Assembly: GCA_030390025.1 (NCBI GenBank)
Contig: CM059425.1
Location: 161,884,001 to 161,948,000 of the forward strand
DNA: 64,000 nt
Direction of reading: 5' to 3'
DNA from: Squalus acanthias
Taxonomy: Eukaryota
The stretch's first letter is position 1. Every line of letters starts with the position of its first letter. Positions 1-13,400 of the stretch are shown here, piece by piece. Under the pieces are notes generated by a model. It saw only the letters and a program-made list of their open reading frames with translations, had not been told where the DNA came from and ran no database searches. Made by a program: the position numbers and the translations under genes.

Positions 1-711
1 AAGTTACACGTATGCTATCATTTCGTGCCTATAGGCCACAGCTCACACAGATTTTAGCTCACTGTTGGGCACAGGTTATTCAAGTATACACCATACACAA
101 GTCCAATTCTGTAGTTTATAATAAAGGATGTCATTTTCATTAAAAATTGCGTTACAACTCATTTATGACTCTGAACATTTTCAATGAATTCTAATCAAAA
201 TTTTACATATTTTCTCAATAGTTTCAAACACAATTTACAACTCGGATTAATCTAAATTGGTTATTTTGGGATTCATTTGAGTCCAATTTGGATATTTCTG
301 ATTTAGCTGGCCTGTCACCTTGATGCAGAGAGTGAACAGTCTCATTCTCACTTATGGTTGGCTTGTTATGAGTATGAACAATGCCATACTAACATTAATG
401 CACTTCCACATTTTAGCCTTCTTATGTCTAGAAGGCAGTGACATTGAACTAAGTTACGTAGAGAGCTGTTTGTAATAAAGCATTACGTTTATTCAATATC
501 CATAGTGGAATAATGGCTGCATGTTTTGAAGAATCTGTTTTCCTGACAGCATGGGAAAGGGGTCATACAAATGAGGTGCCCATTTTACTGCTGGACTAAA
601 GAAATTTTCCCAATCTGATTACTCCCCTAGTCGTCATAAGGGGAAGAAGAGGTAATAGGTAACAAGATTTCTACTCTCTTCAACATCCTGATGTGTGGTA
701 GTTTTAAAAAA

Positions 712-999
712 AAAATTGTTCTTGGGATTTGAGCACTACTGGCAAGGTAGTATTTATTGCCCATCTCTAGTTGCCCTGAGAGTATTATGAGTCAACCATG
801 TAGTGTGGAACTGAAGTCACATGTAAGCCAGACTTCATAGGGGTGGTAGTTTCATTGAACTAGTTGGGTTTTTACAAAAATTCAACAGGTTTGATAGACC
901 ACAAATGACCAGACTGATTGAATTTAATTTCAAAATTTATCATGGTGGGAACTCTCAACCTCTGGGTTGCTAGTGCAGTACCATAACCATTAGGCTACT
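712..999 (-). mobile_element. tRNA-derived SINE sharing head/body and 3' tail with the Zenon-like LINE family
   Basis: Minus strand starts with box A TAGCCTAATGG. Body aligns with 13350-13628 and 60718-61029. The last ~60 nt match the LINE 3' end (GGGCAACTAGAGATGGGCAATAAAT...). Confidence 0.75.
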
Positions 1000-1811
1000 A
1001 TATCTTGATAGTATAAAAGGCTAAACATTCAACGTATCTGTTTCCTTGATGGTCTAGAGAGCCTGTGACACAGATACTCCTGTAATGCATCGTTTAATAT
1101 TGATCCTTGTCTAGTAATAATGGTGACTTGAGGTGGTCTTTTTTTCATTTCACTGAGCACTTTTCTTAAGGTCCAACCTTTAGTGTTTCACCAGTATTAG
1201 CAAAGGGTTGCAACAGAACAAAAATACCTTGTCCTCTCTTTGTTGCGTGCTGTGGTCATGTTTTTGACCTAAACGTTAGCAGGTGGTCCTTTAATCTGCC
1301 AATTACTTGATAGTAGTACAAAATGCATGAAGTGGATAGGAAGGTGGGTTTATTACCAAGAGTAATGTGTTTTTGCCCATCAAGATAAACAATCAAATCT
1401 ATGGTGCCTGTTTATATGATTGCAAGGACGAATGTTTCCCTGTCCTCATTTTCCCTCCTGCACATTTTTTATCGGCAAGAAATTACAATTTAAACTTGAC
1501 AAAAATAACAAGCTGACCTGAACTTAAAAAAAACCTCAAACCTGATTCTTAATTTTCCACACAACACTGGTCACCTTTAATCTTTCATTACTACTACTAC
1601 CCCTCCCCGCCCCCCCACGCACAACACGAGTGGGAGTAGGCTGGGGGAGGCAGTTACAATTTCAAAAATCTGAAACCCGACCCCAATCACGCCCAGTTCC
1701 GGTTGTAATGGAGACAAATTGGGGGCGAACAACTAACATACTCTCGAGAGGCGTTTCAGTAATTTAAATATGCTAATGAGGCTGTGTGTCTCAAATCTTA
1801 ACAGACTTTTA

Positions 1812-2639
1812 GGCCGAGATTTTATTAATGGAGGCGGGTTGGGTGCGGGTCAGGTGGTTTCCGGCTCCCAGTCCCGCCCCCAGCAGCATCTGGCCCACAG
1901 ACGTGATTTTGCCTTGATTGATCTTGTTAAGCCTGCCCTGCGGGCTTGCCAGCCAATTAAGAGGAAGCGGGTCAGATGACGTCATTTGATGACGCGTCAT
2001 CTGCCGGTTTCCTAAAAGGGACCACGCACAATTTTATTTTGATAGTTGATTTCTCAGTGTTTGACAGCATTGAGGTGCTGAAAACAGACAATCACTGCAC
2101 AAAGGTGACCTCTTGCACCCAGGCTCTCCAATGACTCCCTCCATAGGCTGGAATAGATGGCAGCTGCAGGTGAGGTGGCAGAAGCGATCTGTCACTGGTG
2201 AGAGAGGTTCTCCCAATGAGGAGGCACTGGACATGGATTTAAAAACTTGTAACCTAAAGAAAAGTGTAAATGTATTAAAAATGCAGTTCCCAACATTTTC
2301 TTTCCTCTGAGACTCACCATGTGCAACATTGGAGCCTTCACACCACTTCTACAGCAGACTCACAACACGCCACATTTACTTGGCGTGGTGTCCGGACGTT
2401 GGGAAACCCGAGCCAGAAGCAGCAAAATTCAAAAATAGGCTGTCAACTACCTGTTAATAGGCAGGTAATTGCCTTTAATCCTCTTCCCGCCGCTAGGTGT
2501 CGGGTCCATTCGCAAATCGGGGACCCGACACTTGGGAAAATTGTTTGGAGGCGGGATCGCAACCCGCCGTCAATCAAAACGATTTTAACCTTTGACCCGT
2601 CTCCAAACCCGCCCTTTGAGCGCTGGCAAAATCGTGGCC
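1812..2639 (+). mobile_element. PIF/Harbinger non-autonomous deletion derivative
   Basis: TIRs GGCCGAGATTTT / AAAATCGTGGCC, with TTA on both sides (1809-1811, 2640-2642). Both halves align with the ends of the longer element at 31849-33567. Confidence 0.8.
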
Positions 2640-2844
2640 TTAGAATAAATTGGTGTGGGCCAGGTTTCACAGGGCTCAGGAAACCTGGCAGCTGAAGGGC
2701 AGCAAAAAAGGCCGGATCTAGCAGGTAAGTGCCTTTCCAGCACTGCTTGTGGGCCAGGAGGAGCAGGAGTGGATCCCCCCCTCCCCGGCCCCTCAAGCAA
2801 ACCTGCTTCCCTCTGCACGATTGCCCTCCATCATCCGTGATCCG

Positions 2845-3020
2845 AAGCCCTTACGACCTGCGATCTGAAGCATCCACCCATGATCTCGCTCCGATTCACG
2901 ATCTCCCCCAGACTCACGATCTCTCCCCCGACCTCCCCCCCTGACCCGCGATCTGTCCTCTGACTCACGATCTGTCCCCTGATCTCCCCCTGACCCATGA
3001 TTTGTCCACCGACTTGTTCA
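2845..3020. repeat. Degenerate tandem repeat (CACGATCTC-C-rich units) inside MITE
   Basis: Repeated CA(C/T)GATCT(C/G)(T/C)CCC-like units visible directly. Confidence 0.6.
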
Positions 3021-4240
3021 ACACCCCTGCCCCACCTGCCATCTCCCCACCACCCTCTGCTCCACTGCTGAAGCCTTCCGGCGCAGGCTTTACCACTAGA
3101 CAGCCAGCACCCTCTCACTCTGCTGGCTGGGAAACAGAGAAAAAAAATTTCATGAGGTCCTGCCGCATTTCTGAGTTTCCAGTCTGCTATAACCCACCCC
3201 TACCTCCCCGTAAATATTGGGGCCGGAGTCTCACTGTCAGGACTCATCTTAATCATCAACCAGCCAAAAACAATGAGTATTGTGTTTTTATACATTCTTT
3301 TGATTTTTTTTCTGCTAATCTGTTAACTGTTGAAAGATATTTTGTTTAAAGAGGGAGTGCCCGTGACATAATTGAGGGGGTGCCTTGAATGAGTTACAAT
3401 ATGAGGGGAATTGAGTTAACACACAAACCTGAAGCTGAAATGCTCTGGAGTTATGAGTTTTAATTGATATTAATTCAATATTAAAATAGCAAATCCTCCA
3501 AGCCAGTACATCTGATGATGTTATCATGATTCAAAGCTTAAACAATTAAAAAAAATCTACAGAAATTAATTGAGTATTAATTAAAAATAAGTACGTACTA
3601 AAATAAATAACTTAGCCCTATAATAAATATAAACGTTCATTGTAATGACCTGATTTAAAAAGGGGTCCTGATAGTGAGACACCTTTTTAAAAAATATACG
3701 TCGTTAGCTATAAAGGATTTTAAAAAGCTAGTAGTCAGTGAAGCATACAGTTCTGAGCAGAATTAATATCTATTAATAAGAACGTTAAAAATACAGTACT
3801 AATGTAAGCTATTACTGGAAGTGAAGGAGATACTTTTACCATGGGGTTGTCCTGTGATCAACTCTAATTAACTAGCAAAAGCATTGATCTTTTAATAGGA
3901 ATTATAAACGGAACTGTGGGAGTGCTCTAAAGCAGTGTGACCTGCACAAGATTTGTTGTGAAAACCAAAAGGACTCTTGAAAATAAAAAGCTTGCAAACT
4001 ACAAAACTGGCGTTGGCTACCTCAGGGCAAGCCAATGTTGCAGCAGGACCTGAAGCAGGTGTTAGGCTCCTTATTTGCATACGTCGGTCTCATATTTAAA
4101 CAGCTCCCACTTGTTTTCGGTAGGAGTGATAGGCTTCCCTGAAAATTTAATCTAGCAGGCAAATGGGTATCCCAGATCATCATCAGATTTTTCTTTGCTG
4201 GTTGCCCATTTTTCAGGTGAGCAACGAGCAGCCAGCAGTT

Positions 4241-4296
4241 ATCATAGAATAATATGGCACAGAAGGAGGCCATTCGGCCCATCATGCCTGTGCCGG
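4241..4296 (-). mobile_element. CR1 LINE 3'-terminal fragment
   Basis: ATCATAGAAT...CAGAAGGAGGCCATTCGGCCCATC matches the CR1 tails at 7704 and 16263. Confidence 0.6.
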
Positions 4297-5323
4297 TTGA
4301 AAATCCCCCCCAAAGTTTCCAGCCACAATGGCCACATTTTATAGGGAGGTGGGTGTGGCGTGTGCGAGTCCCGAAGCAGGCGGGGCACCCAGGGAGTCCG
4401 GGGACTTAGCGGCTTGGCTGATCTTTACGGTCGGGCCTTATTTGCATGAATTCACCCGGAATCCCGCCTGAACCTGGCCTGATCCACCACCTGGCCGGTG
4501 GGCAGGCGCAGGAATTTGGCGGCAGGAGGCCATAGCTGGGGTCCCATGGAGCGGTTCCCGGCAGTCAGTTGGTAGGGGGGCGGGGGGGGGGGGGGGGTGG
4601 GGTGGTTTATCATCAGACCCAATCTGCATATTGAAAGAAGAACCCCGCTGCCTTCATTCGGGTATCCCACTCTCCTCCTCAAAACAGCAGGTTAAGGTCG
4701 GGACACGGTGGGAAAGCAGTGGGATCACAGGGGTAAGTGACTGGCCTCATTTTAACTGCCCCACCACCCTGGAGGAGTTAAAATAGGGAGAATTGTTTCA
4801 AGAGCTAGCGTTGAATAACAGGAGTTTTATATAACAAAATATTTAATTGAATTCTTCGTACAAACTTCATCATTCAGTTCATTATCACAGGGAATAAATA
4901 ATAAAACCTCTGAATTGTCACCAATTAAGGCTGGTCACAGCTACAGGGCCAGTCTGAACAGCCATATATCTATACATTTTCAGTAATGAAGTGTAGAGGA
5001 TTTGACACTCAGGCATTGTATGGAGCTGAGTTTTGTTCTTGTTTTCCATAAATGTTGTGAACCCCAACTCCCACTGCTTTCCTGAACCCGAAACCTTGAA
5101 TACTGCTGGTCTTTAATTCCCACAAGTATTTAATGAGAACAGAGATAGTGGAAATATGGATAACTGAGGTTCAAATGTACTTTGTGGATGCTTATATTCC
5201 AGCTAAGCATCACGACAACACTGCACTACATTCCAGATGATCGGTTCAAACACCCACTTTTGTAAAAAAACAACTGGAACATGAGTCGCATACTCTAATA
5301 TACACTGCACTAAGTGAGATAAT

Positions 5324-6121
5324 TGCCTGGAATTTGCGGTTTTGATGGCGGCGAGCTGACAGCGTTCGCCGTCATTTCGTCTTTGAAACTGACCGCAACT
5401 TCAGGATTTAGAGCATGCACAGCCTAATGCAGAAATGTTGAAGTTGCGGTCTGTCATCCACTGCTCCTCCACAGGCTATGCTGTGCACACCGCACCCCAC
5501 TGCCGCCCCGCACCCCCCACCCCCCCCCAGAGCTGGCAATCAGTGAAATCTCTCCAATCATGAAACTGATGAAAACTTTGGCTCTTCCGCAGTAATTATG
5601 CTGTTAAATACCCTATTTAAAGTTAGATCCAAAGGGATTAGGTGTATCTGGGATTTTAACAGCGTATTGGCTGTTAAACAAAAGTTATGGCCCTGAAAAA
5701 CTCATTTTAATATTGTGCAGTATCAAATTTATCCATTTTAATAAAAATTAAAATTAAGAAACTTTAAAAAATATTTAATTTTTTTTTGAAGTTCATCTTT
5801 ATTTCAGGTTTGCCTTTTCCCCATGTGAGAGCCCCAATCTTTGTTTTTGCTCTCTCTAACATTTATAAAAAGTTAGAATTTTAAGAGCTTACTCACTTCC
5901 TGGTTTGCTGTGAGAATTCTGCCTTTTGATTGGCTGCTTAGACAGCTTGTTGACATCACAGTAGCTCGTACTATTAGATTCCCACTATACTACGTTGATT
6001 TCAATTGCGTGTCGGAAAACACGAAATTCTCAACACAGAGTTCATGAGATCTTTGTGCGAAGCTTACTTTGGGGCCAGCGGCGAACGCCTTTGCTTCACT
6101 GCTGACCGCAAATTCCGGGCC
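5324..6121. mobile_element. MITE, probably PIF/Harbinger-type
   Basis: TIRs TGCCTGGAATTTGCGGT / ACCGCAAATTCCGGGCC with AAT/ATT flanks. A partial inverted copy lies at 14405-14751. Confidence 0.75.
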
Positions 6122-6249
6122 ATTATCTGGAAGATTTCTGGGAGAGATGTGAGTGGGCAGCTGGAGTTATACTATTCATTTGTGCCACTCCATTCAGGGA
6201 AAGCAAAGCCCCATGCAAGCATACTTAAACACATACAAGCAGCTGTGCG

Positions 6250-6268
6250 CACCGCCCTCTGGCAGCCA
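6250..6268 (-). promoter_or_regulatory. Candidate CTCF-binding site
   Basis: Minus strand TGGCTGCCAGAGGGCGGTG closely matches the CTCF core consensus (TGGCCASYAGRKGGCRS) and lies in non-repeat sequence. Confidence 0.5.
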
Positions 6269-7703
6269 GTGACATTTCAAAAATTAGAGAAGAGCTGACG
6301 GAAAGGTTGTTTATGCAATATCCAAATTTAAAGGCAGTATAGCATGCCACCTGAGTATTTTTTATGCATTACATTTTAAGTTTAAAACATCAACTGTGAA
6401 CCTGTCACAGTTAGAATCTGGTAAATGTGCAGCACTATGTTTTCCAGATTGATTTGCCACCAAAGTTAAGGAAGTTGGGATTTTTTTGGAGCGAAAGCTC
6501 ATACCACATCAGTGTCAAATTATAATTGGGTCAAAATTGCCTCATATTCTTCCACTGCAATGAAAGGAAGTTAGACAGTTTCATAAGTCTACTATATTTC
6601 AATGGGTTTATGAAGACTCGTGGCCAGTTGCTGCTCTGTAACTAATTATTATGCTGAGCGAATGTTAATGACATGAATGCCACAGCTGCATGGCAACCAC
6701 ATCATTATGTATAGACATAATGGATTTTGAAAATACATTGGTGAGTTGCAAGTTTTGTGTTTAAATATGTCTAACTCCTGAGCAAACCCATGGAACATTG
6801 AGTTCTCTTCATCGAGAGACATGAACACTTAGCTAGTGCAGTCTTGGAGCAGAAGAAATCAGCTTTTCAGATAACAGAGTAGTTAAATATTTCTTAAGCT
6901 AAGAACTTAAGTAGAAAACTCATACATGACACAGCATGTTGTAGGATGAACACAAAGCGTCATGGAATAATGAAACAATGGGAGAGAGGTTCAGTCCTGT
7001 ATTCCACTGAATTCTCACTGCTGTAGAAGAGGGAAAATCAGAGGAAAAATCATAACTGGGCCTCTTCTTCACCTCATAACAATCAGGGTTCTGGCAGAGG
7101 GTCTTCCACACACCAACTTGGCCAAAGCAGAAGCATTTTATGGAGAACCAAAGAAGGGAAATTAGCATATAAAGTATACCCCTACAACTTGAAGAAGCTT
7201 GATGTTCATATAGGCAAATATCTAATCAAGAGGTTCCCAAACCCCTTCGGAGAACCATGTCCCATGCGCACCCCCTCTCTTTCTAAGAAAGTATTTTTAC
7301 ATAGAACAAAAGGAACTTATTTTCTCAGCTAAGATAACATATTGCTTAAGACCTCTCATCTGCCCCCAACCCTTTGACAAAAAAAGGCTTTTCCCAAAAA
7401 ATTGCAAAGGCTCCTCTCATGGCACTGTACACTCAGCTAAGGGTTATAGCACATAAGTTATGTTTTATTCATCAGTGATAGGCACAGGGTCATCCTGCTG
7501 ATTTAGTCAATTTTATTTTAGTTAATTTCCAGTGCCAAAATATTAATTGCATTCTAGAGAGGAGTTGGCTGCATAATTCAATATGACTATTTATTTCCAT
7601 AGGCCTGAAAACAAAGTGAAAATGACCCAAAAACTTCCTCACAAATGGACACATTCTCAATCACTCAGATCCCCACGGGGAACAATTACTGAAACTGGCA
7701 TAC

Positions 7704-8540
7704 AATCATAGAATCTTACACCACAGAAGGAGGTCATTCGGCCCATCGTGCCTGAGTCGGCTCTTTCAAATAGCTATCCAACTTGTCCCACTCCCTTGCT
7801 CTTTCCACATAGTCCTTGCCAAGTATATATCCAATTCCCTTTGAAAGTCACCATTGAATTCTTCTCCAGCACCCTTTCAGGCAATGCATTCTAGATCATA
7901 ATAACTCGCTGAGTTAAAAAATGTCCTCCTCCTCTCCCCTCTCCCTTCTTTTGCCAATTATGTTAAATTGGTGTCCTCTGGTTACCGACCCACCTGCCAG
8001 TGGAAACAGTTTCTCCTTATTTACTTAGTTTCTCCCTATCTACTCTATCAAAACCCTTTATAATTTTGAACACCACAATTAAATCTCCCCTTAACCTGCT
8101 CTGCTCTAAGGAGATCAATCTCAGCTTCTCTAGTCTCTTCACATAACTGAAGCCCCTCATCCCTGGCATTATTCTGGTAAATCTCCTCTGCACCCTCTCC
8201 AAGGCCTTGACATTTTTCCTGAAGTGTGGTGCCCAGAATTGGACACAATACTCTAGTTGAGGCCGAACCAGTGATTTATAAGGTTTACCATAACTTCCTT
8301 GCTTTTGTACTCTTTGCCTCTATTTATAAAGCCAAGGATCCCATATGCTTTTTTAACAGGTTTATCAACTTGTCCTGCCACTTTCAAAGATTTGTGTATG
8401 TGAACCCCCAGGTCTTTCTGTTCCTGCACTGTCTTTAAAATTTTACCATTTAACTGATATTGCAGCTGCTCATTCTACCTCCCAGAATGCATCACTTCAC
8501 ACTTCTCCGCATCAAATTTCATCTGTCATGTATCTGCTAC
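7704..8540 (-). mobile_element. CR1 LINE, 5'-truncated
   Basis: ORF 8017-8202 (ERVQRRFTRIMPGMRGFSY...RLRGDLI) is the CR1 ORF2 C-terminus. CR1 tail at ~7704. Confidence 0.9.
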
Positions 8541-8708
8541 TATTCTCCTCACTGTTTAATACATTTATCTATCGCAGTTTTCTTAATATTTAAATGATTA
8601 TATTAACATTTATTTCTAGGACCTGAAAAAAAGTTTGTCAGCTTGTAAATTAGGTGACTGGTTTCACACTTCTATGTCTATTGGACTGATATAGTTCACG
8701 AAAAACTA

Positions 8709-10401
8709 TTTTTTTCTATTCATTCATGGGATGTGGGCATCGCTGCCAAGGCCAGCATTTATTGACCGTCTCTAGTTGCCCTTGAGAAGGTGGTGGTGAG
8801 CTGTCTTCTTGAACCGCTGCAGTCCGTGTGGTGAAGGTACACCCACAGTGCTATGAGGGAGGGAGTTCCAGGATTTTGACCCAGTGACGATGAAGGAACG
8901 GCGATATACTTCTAAGTCAGGATGGTGTGTGACTTGGAGGGGAACTTGGAGGTGGTGGTGTTCCCATGCTCCTGCTGCCCTTGTCCTTCGAGGTGATAGG
9001 GGTCGCGGATTTGGGAGGTGCTGCCGAAGAAGCCTTGGCGAGTTGCTGCAGTGCACCTTGTAGATGGTACACACTGCAGCCACAGTACGCCGGTAGTGGA
9101 GGGAGTGAATGTTTAAGGTGGTGGATGGGGTGCCCATCAAACGGGCTGCTTTGTCTTGGATAGTGTCGAGCTTCTTGTGTGTTGTTGGAGCTGCACACAT
9201 CCAGGCAAGAGGAGATTATTCCATCACACTGCTGACTTGTGCCTTGTAGATGGTGGAAAGGCTTTGGGGGGTCAGGAGGTGAGACACTCACCGCAGAATA
9301 TCCAGCCTCTGACCTGCTCTTGTGCTCTTGTTGCCACAGTCTTTATGTGGCTGGTCCAGTTAAGTTTCTGGTCAATGGTGACACCCAGGATATTGATGGT
9401 GGGGGATTCGGCGATGGTAATGCCGTTGAATGTCAAGGGGCGCTGGTTAGACGCTCGCTTCTTGGAGATAGTCATTGCCTGGAACTTGTGTTGCGCGAAT
9501 GTTACCTGCCACTTATCAGCCCAAGCCTGAATGTCGTCCAGGTCTTGCTGCATGCGGGCATGGACTTCTTCATTATCTGAGGAGTTGCGAATGGCACTGA
9601 ACACTGTGCAGTCAGCCGCGAACATCCCCACTTCTGACCTTAGGATGGAGCAAAGGTCATTGATGAAGCAGCTGAAGATGGTTGGGCCCAGGACACTGCC
9701 CCAGGAACTCCTGTAGCGATGTCCTGGGGCAGTGATGATTGACCTCCAACCACCACAACCATCTTCATTTGTGCTAGGTATGACTCCAGCCAGTGGTGCG
9801 TTTTCCCCCCAGTGGAGAGATATCCCCCCTGATTCCCATTGACTTCAGTTTTACTAGGGCTACTTGATGCCACACTCAGTCAAATGCTGCCTTGATGTCA
9901 AGGGAAGTCACTCTCACCTCAACTCTGGAATTCAGCTCTTTTGTCCATGTTTGGACCGAGGCTGCAATGAGGTCGGGAGCCAAGTAGACCTGGCCGAACC
10001 CAAACTGGGCATCAGTGAGCAGGTTATTGGTGAGTAAGTGCTGCTTGATAGCACTGTCGATGACACCTTCCATCACTTTGCTGATGATTGAGAGTAGACT
10101 GATGGGGTGGTAATTGGCCAGATTGGATTTGTCCTGCTTTTTGTGGACAGGACATACCTGGGCAGTTTTCCACCTTGTAGGATAGATGCCAGTGCAGTAG
10201 CTGTACTGGAACAGCTGGGCTAGAGGCGCGGCTAGTTCTGGAGCACAAGTCTTCAGCACGACAGTCGGGATGTTGTCGGGGCCCACAGCCTTTGCTGTAT
10301 CCAGTGCGCTCAGCCGTTTCTTGATATCACGTGGAGTGAATCAAATTGGCTGAAGACTGGCATCTGTGGTGGTGGAGACCTCAGGAGGAGGCCGATAAGG
10401 A
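8709..10401 (-). mobile_element. CR1-group (Zenon-like) LINE, 5'-truncated, degenerate RT
   Basis: RT fragments GPDNIP...KTCAPELAAPLAQLF, ANYHPISLLSIISKVME, LDIKAAFD. Family 3' tail at 8709-8780. Confidence 0.9.
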
Positions 10402-13400
10402 TTTATTTTTTAAGTTCGTTTATGGGATGTGGGCGTCACTGGCAAGGCCAGCATTTATTGCCCATCCCTAATTGCCCTTGAGAATGTGGTGGTGAGCCGT
10501 CTTCTTGAACCGCTGCAGTCCGTGTGGTGAAGGTACTCCCACAGTGCTGTTAGGTAGGGAGTTCCAGGATTTTGACCCAGTGACGATGAAGGATCGGCGA
10601 TATACTTCTAAGTCAGGATGGTGTATGACTTGGAGGGGAACCTGAAGGTGGTGGTGTTCCCATGCACCTGCTGTCCTTGTCCTTCTAGGTGGAAGAGGTC
10701 ACGGGTTTGGGAGGTGCTGCCGAAGAAGCCTTGGCGAATTGCTGCAGTGCATCTTGTAGATGGTACACACTGCAGCCACGGTACGCCGGTGGTGGAGAGA
10801 GTGAATGTTTAAGGTGGCAGATGGGGTGCCAATCAAGCAGGCTGCTTTGTCCTGCATGGTGTTGAGCTTCTTGAGTGTTGTTGGAGCTGCACTCATCCAG
10901 GCAATTGGAGAGTATTCCATCACACTCCTTACTTGTGCCTTGTAGATGTTAGAAAGGCTTTGGGGAGTCAGTTGGTGAGACACTCACCGCAGAATACCTA
11001 GTCTTTCATCTGCTCTTGTTGCCACAGTATTTATGTGGCTGGTCCAGTTTAGTTTCTGGTCAATGGTGACCCCCCAGGATGTTGATGGTGGGGGATTCGG
11101 CGATGGTAATGCCGTTGAATGTCAAGGGGCGGTGGTTAGACTCTCGCTTGTTGGAGATAGTCATTGCCTGGCACTTCTGTGGCGCGAATGTTACCTGCCA
11201 CTTATCAGCCCAAGCCTGAATGTTGTCCAGGTCTTGTTGCATGCGGGCATGGACTGCTTCATTATCTGAGGAGTTGTGAATGGCACTGAACACTTTGCAG
11301 TCATCAGCGAACATCCCCATTTCTGACCTTATGTTGGAGGGAAGGTCATTGATGAAGCAGCTGAAGATGGTTGGGCCTAGGACACTGCCCTGAGGAACTC
11401 CTGCAGCGATGTCCTGGGTCTATGATGATTGACCTTCAATTACCACAACCATCTTCCTTTGTGTTAGGTATGACTCCAGCCAGTGGAGAGTTTTCCCCCC
11501 CGATTCCCATTGACTTCAATTTTACTAGGGCTCCTTGATGCCACACTCGGTCAAATGCTGCCTTGATGTCAAGGGCAGTCACTCTCACCTCACCTCTTGA
11601 ATTCAGCTCCTTTGTCCATGTTTGGACCAAGGCTGTAATGAGGTCGGGAGGTCTTGGCGCAACCCAAACTGGGCATCAGTGAGCAGGTTATTGGTGAGTA
11701 AGTGCTGCTTGATAGCATAGTCGATGACACCTTCCATCACTTTGCTGAGAGTAGACTGATGGGGCCGTAATTGGCTGGATTGGATTTGTCCTGCTTTTTG
11801 TGGACAGGACATACCTGGGCAGTTTTCCACATTGTCGGATGCCAGTATTGTAGCTGTACTGGAATAGCTTGGCTAGAGGCGCGGCTAGTTCTGGAGCACA
11901 AGTCTTCAGCACGATAGCTGGGATGTTGTCAGGGCCTATAGCCTTTGCTGTATCCAGTGCGCTGAGCCGTTTCTTGATATCTAATTGGCTGAAGACTGGC
12001 TTCTGTGATGGTGGGGACCTCAGGAGGAGGCCGATATGGATCATCCACTCGGCACTTCTAGCTGAAGATGGTTGCAAACGCTTCAGCTTTGTCTTTTGCA
12101 CTCACGTGCTGGGCTCCACCATCATTGAGGATGGGGATATTCATGGAGCTCTTCCTCCCGTTAGTTGTTTAATGGTCCATCACCATTCACGATTGGATGT
12201 GGCAGGACTGCAGAGCTTTGATCTGATCCATTGATTGTGGGATTGCTTAGCCCTGTCTATAGCATGCTGCTTCCGCTTTTTAGCATGCATGTAGTCCTGT
12301 GTTGCAGCTTCCCTAGGTTGGCACCTCATTTTTAGGTACGCCTGGTGCTGCTCCTGGCATGCTCTTCTACACTCCTTATTGGTCGCCTGGCTTGATGGTA
12401 ATGGTAGAGTGAGGGATATGCCGGGACATGAGGTTACAGATTGTGGTGGAATACAATTCTGCTGCTGCTGATGGCCCACAGCGCCTCATGGATGCCCAGT
12501 TTTGAGCTGCTAGATCTGTTCTGAATCTATCCCATTTAACACGGTGGTAGTGTCACACAACACGATGGAGGATATCCTCAGTGTGAAGACGGGACTTTAT
12601 CTCCACAATGACTATGCGGTGGTCACTGCTACCAATACTGTCATGGGCAGATGCATCTGTGACAGGTAGATTGGTAAGGACGAGGTCAAGTAGATTTTTC
12701 CTTCGTGTTTGTTCTCTCACCACCTGTCGCAGGCCCAGACTGGCATCTATGTCCTTCAGGACTCAGCCAGCTTGATCAGTAGTGATGCTACCAAGCCACT
12801 CTTGGTGATGGACATTGAACTCCCCCACCCAGAGTACATTCTGTGCCCTTGCTACTATCAGTGCTTCTCCGAAGTGGTGTTCAACATGGAGGAGTACTGA
12901 TTCATCAGCTGAGGGAGGGCAGTAGGTGGTAATCAGCAGGAGGTTTCTTTGCCTATGCTTGACCTGATGCCATGAGGCTCCATGGGGTCCAGAGTCAATG
13001 TTGAGGACTCCCAGGGCCACTCCTTCCCGACTGTATACCACTGTGCCGCCACCCCTGGTGGGTCTGTCCTGCCGGTGGGACAGGACATACCCAGGGATGG
13101 TGATGGAGGAGTTTGGGACATTGGCTGAAGGGTATAATTCTGCGAGTATGACTGTTGCTTGACTAGTCTGTGGGACAGCTCTTCCAATCTTGGCACAAGG
13201 CACCAGATGTTGGTGAGGAGGACTTTGCAGGGTCGCCGTTGTCGTGTCCGTAGCCGGTGCCGAGGTCGATGCCGGGTGGTCCATCCGGTTGTATTCTTAT
13301 TGATTTTCGTAGTGATTTTTTTACAACTGAGTGGCTTCCTAGGCCATTTCAGAGGGCAGTTAAGAGTCAACCACATTGCTGTGGGTCTGGAGTAACATAT

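Larger units (their letters stand above)
1625..3224. mobile_element. Degenerate non-autonomous DNA element (MITE-like) hosting the 1812-2639 insertion
   Basis: GC-rich block ending in TAAATATTGGGGCC (TIR-like). Internal GGGCCAGGAGGAGCAGGAGTG recurs inverted near 30908-30932. Left end not resolved. Confidence 0.45.

Noticed and set aside
2845..3020. CRISPR-like repeat array
   Set aside because: Irregular degenerate units, no unique spacers, no cas genes, eukaryotic context.
7604..7712. Acceptor-like TTTCCATAG with a short open frame
   Set aside because: Runs into a CR1 tail; no donor site and no recognisable homology.
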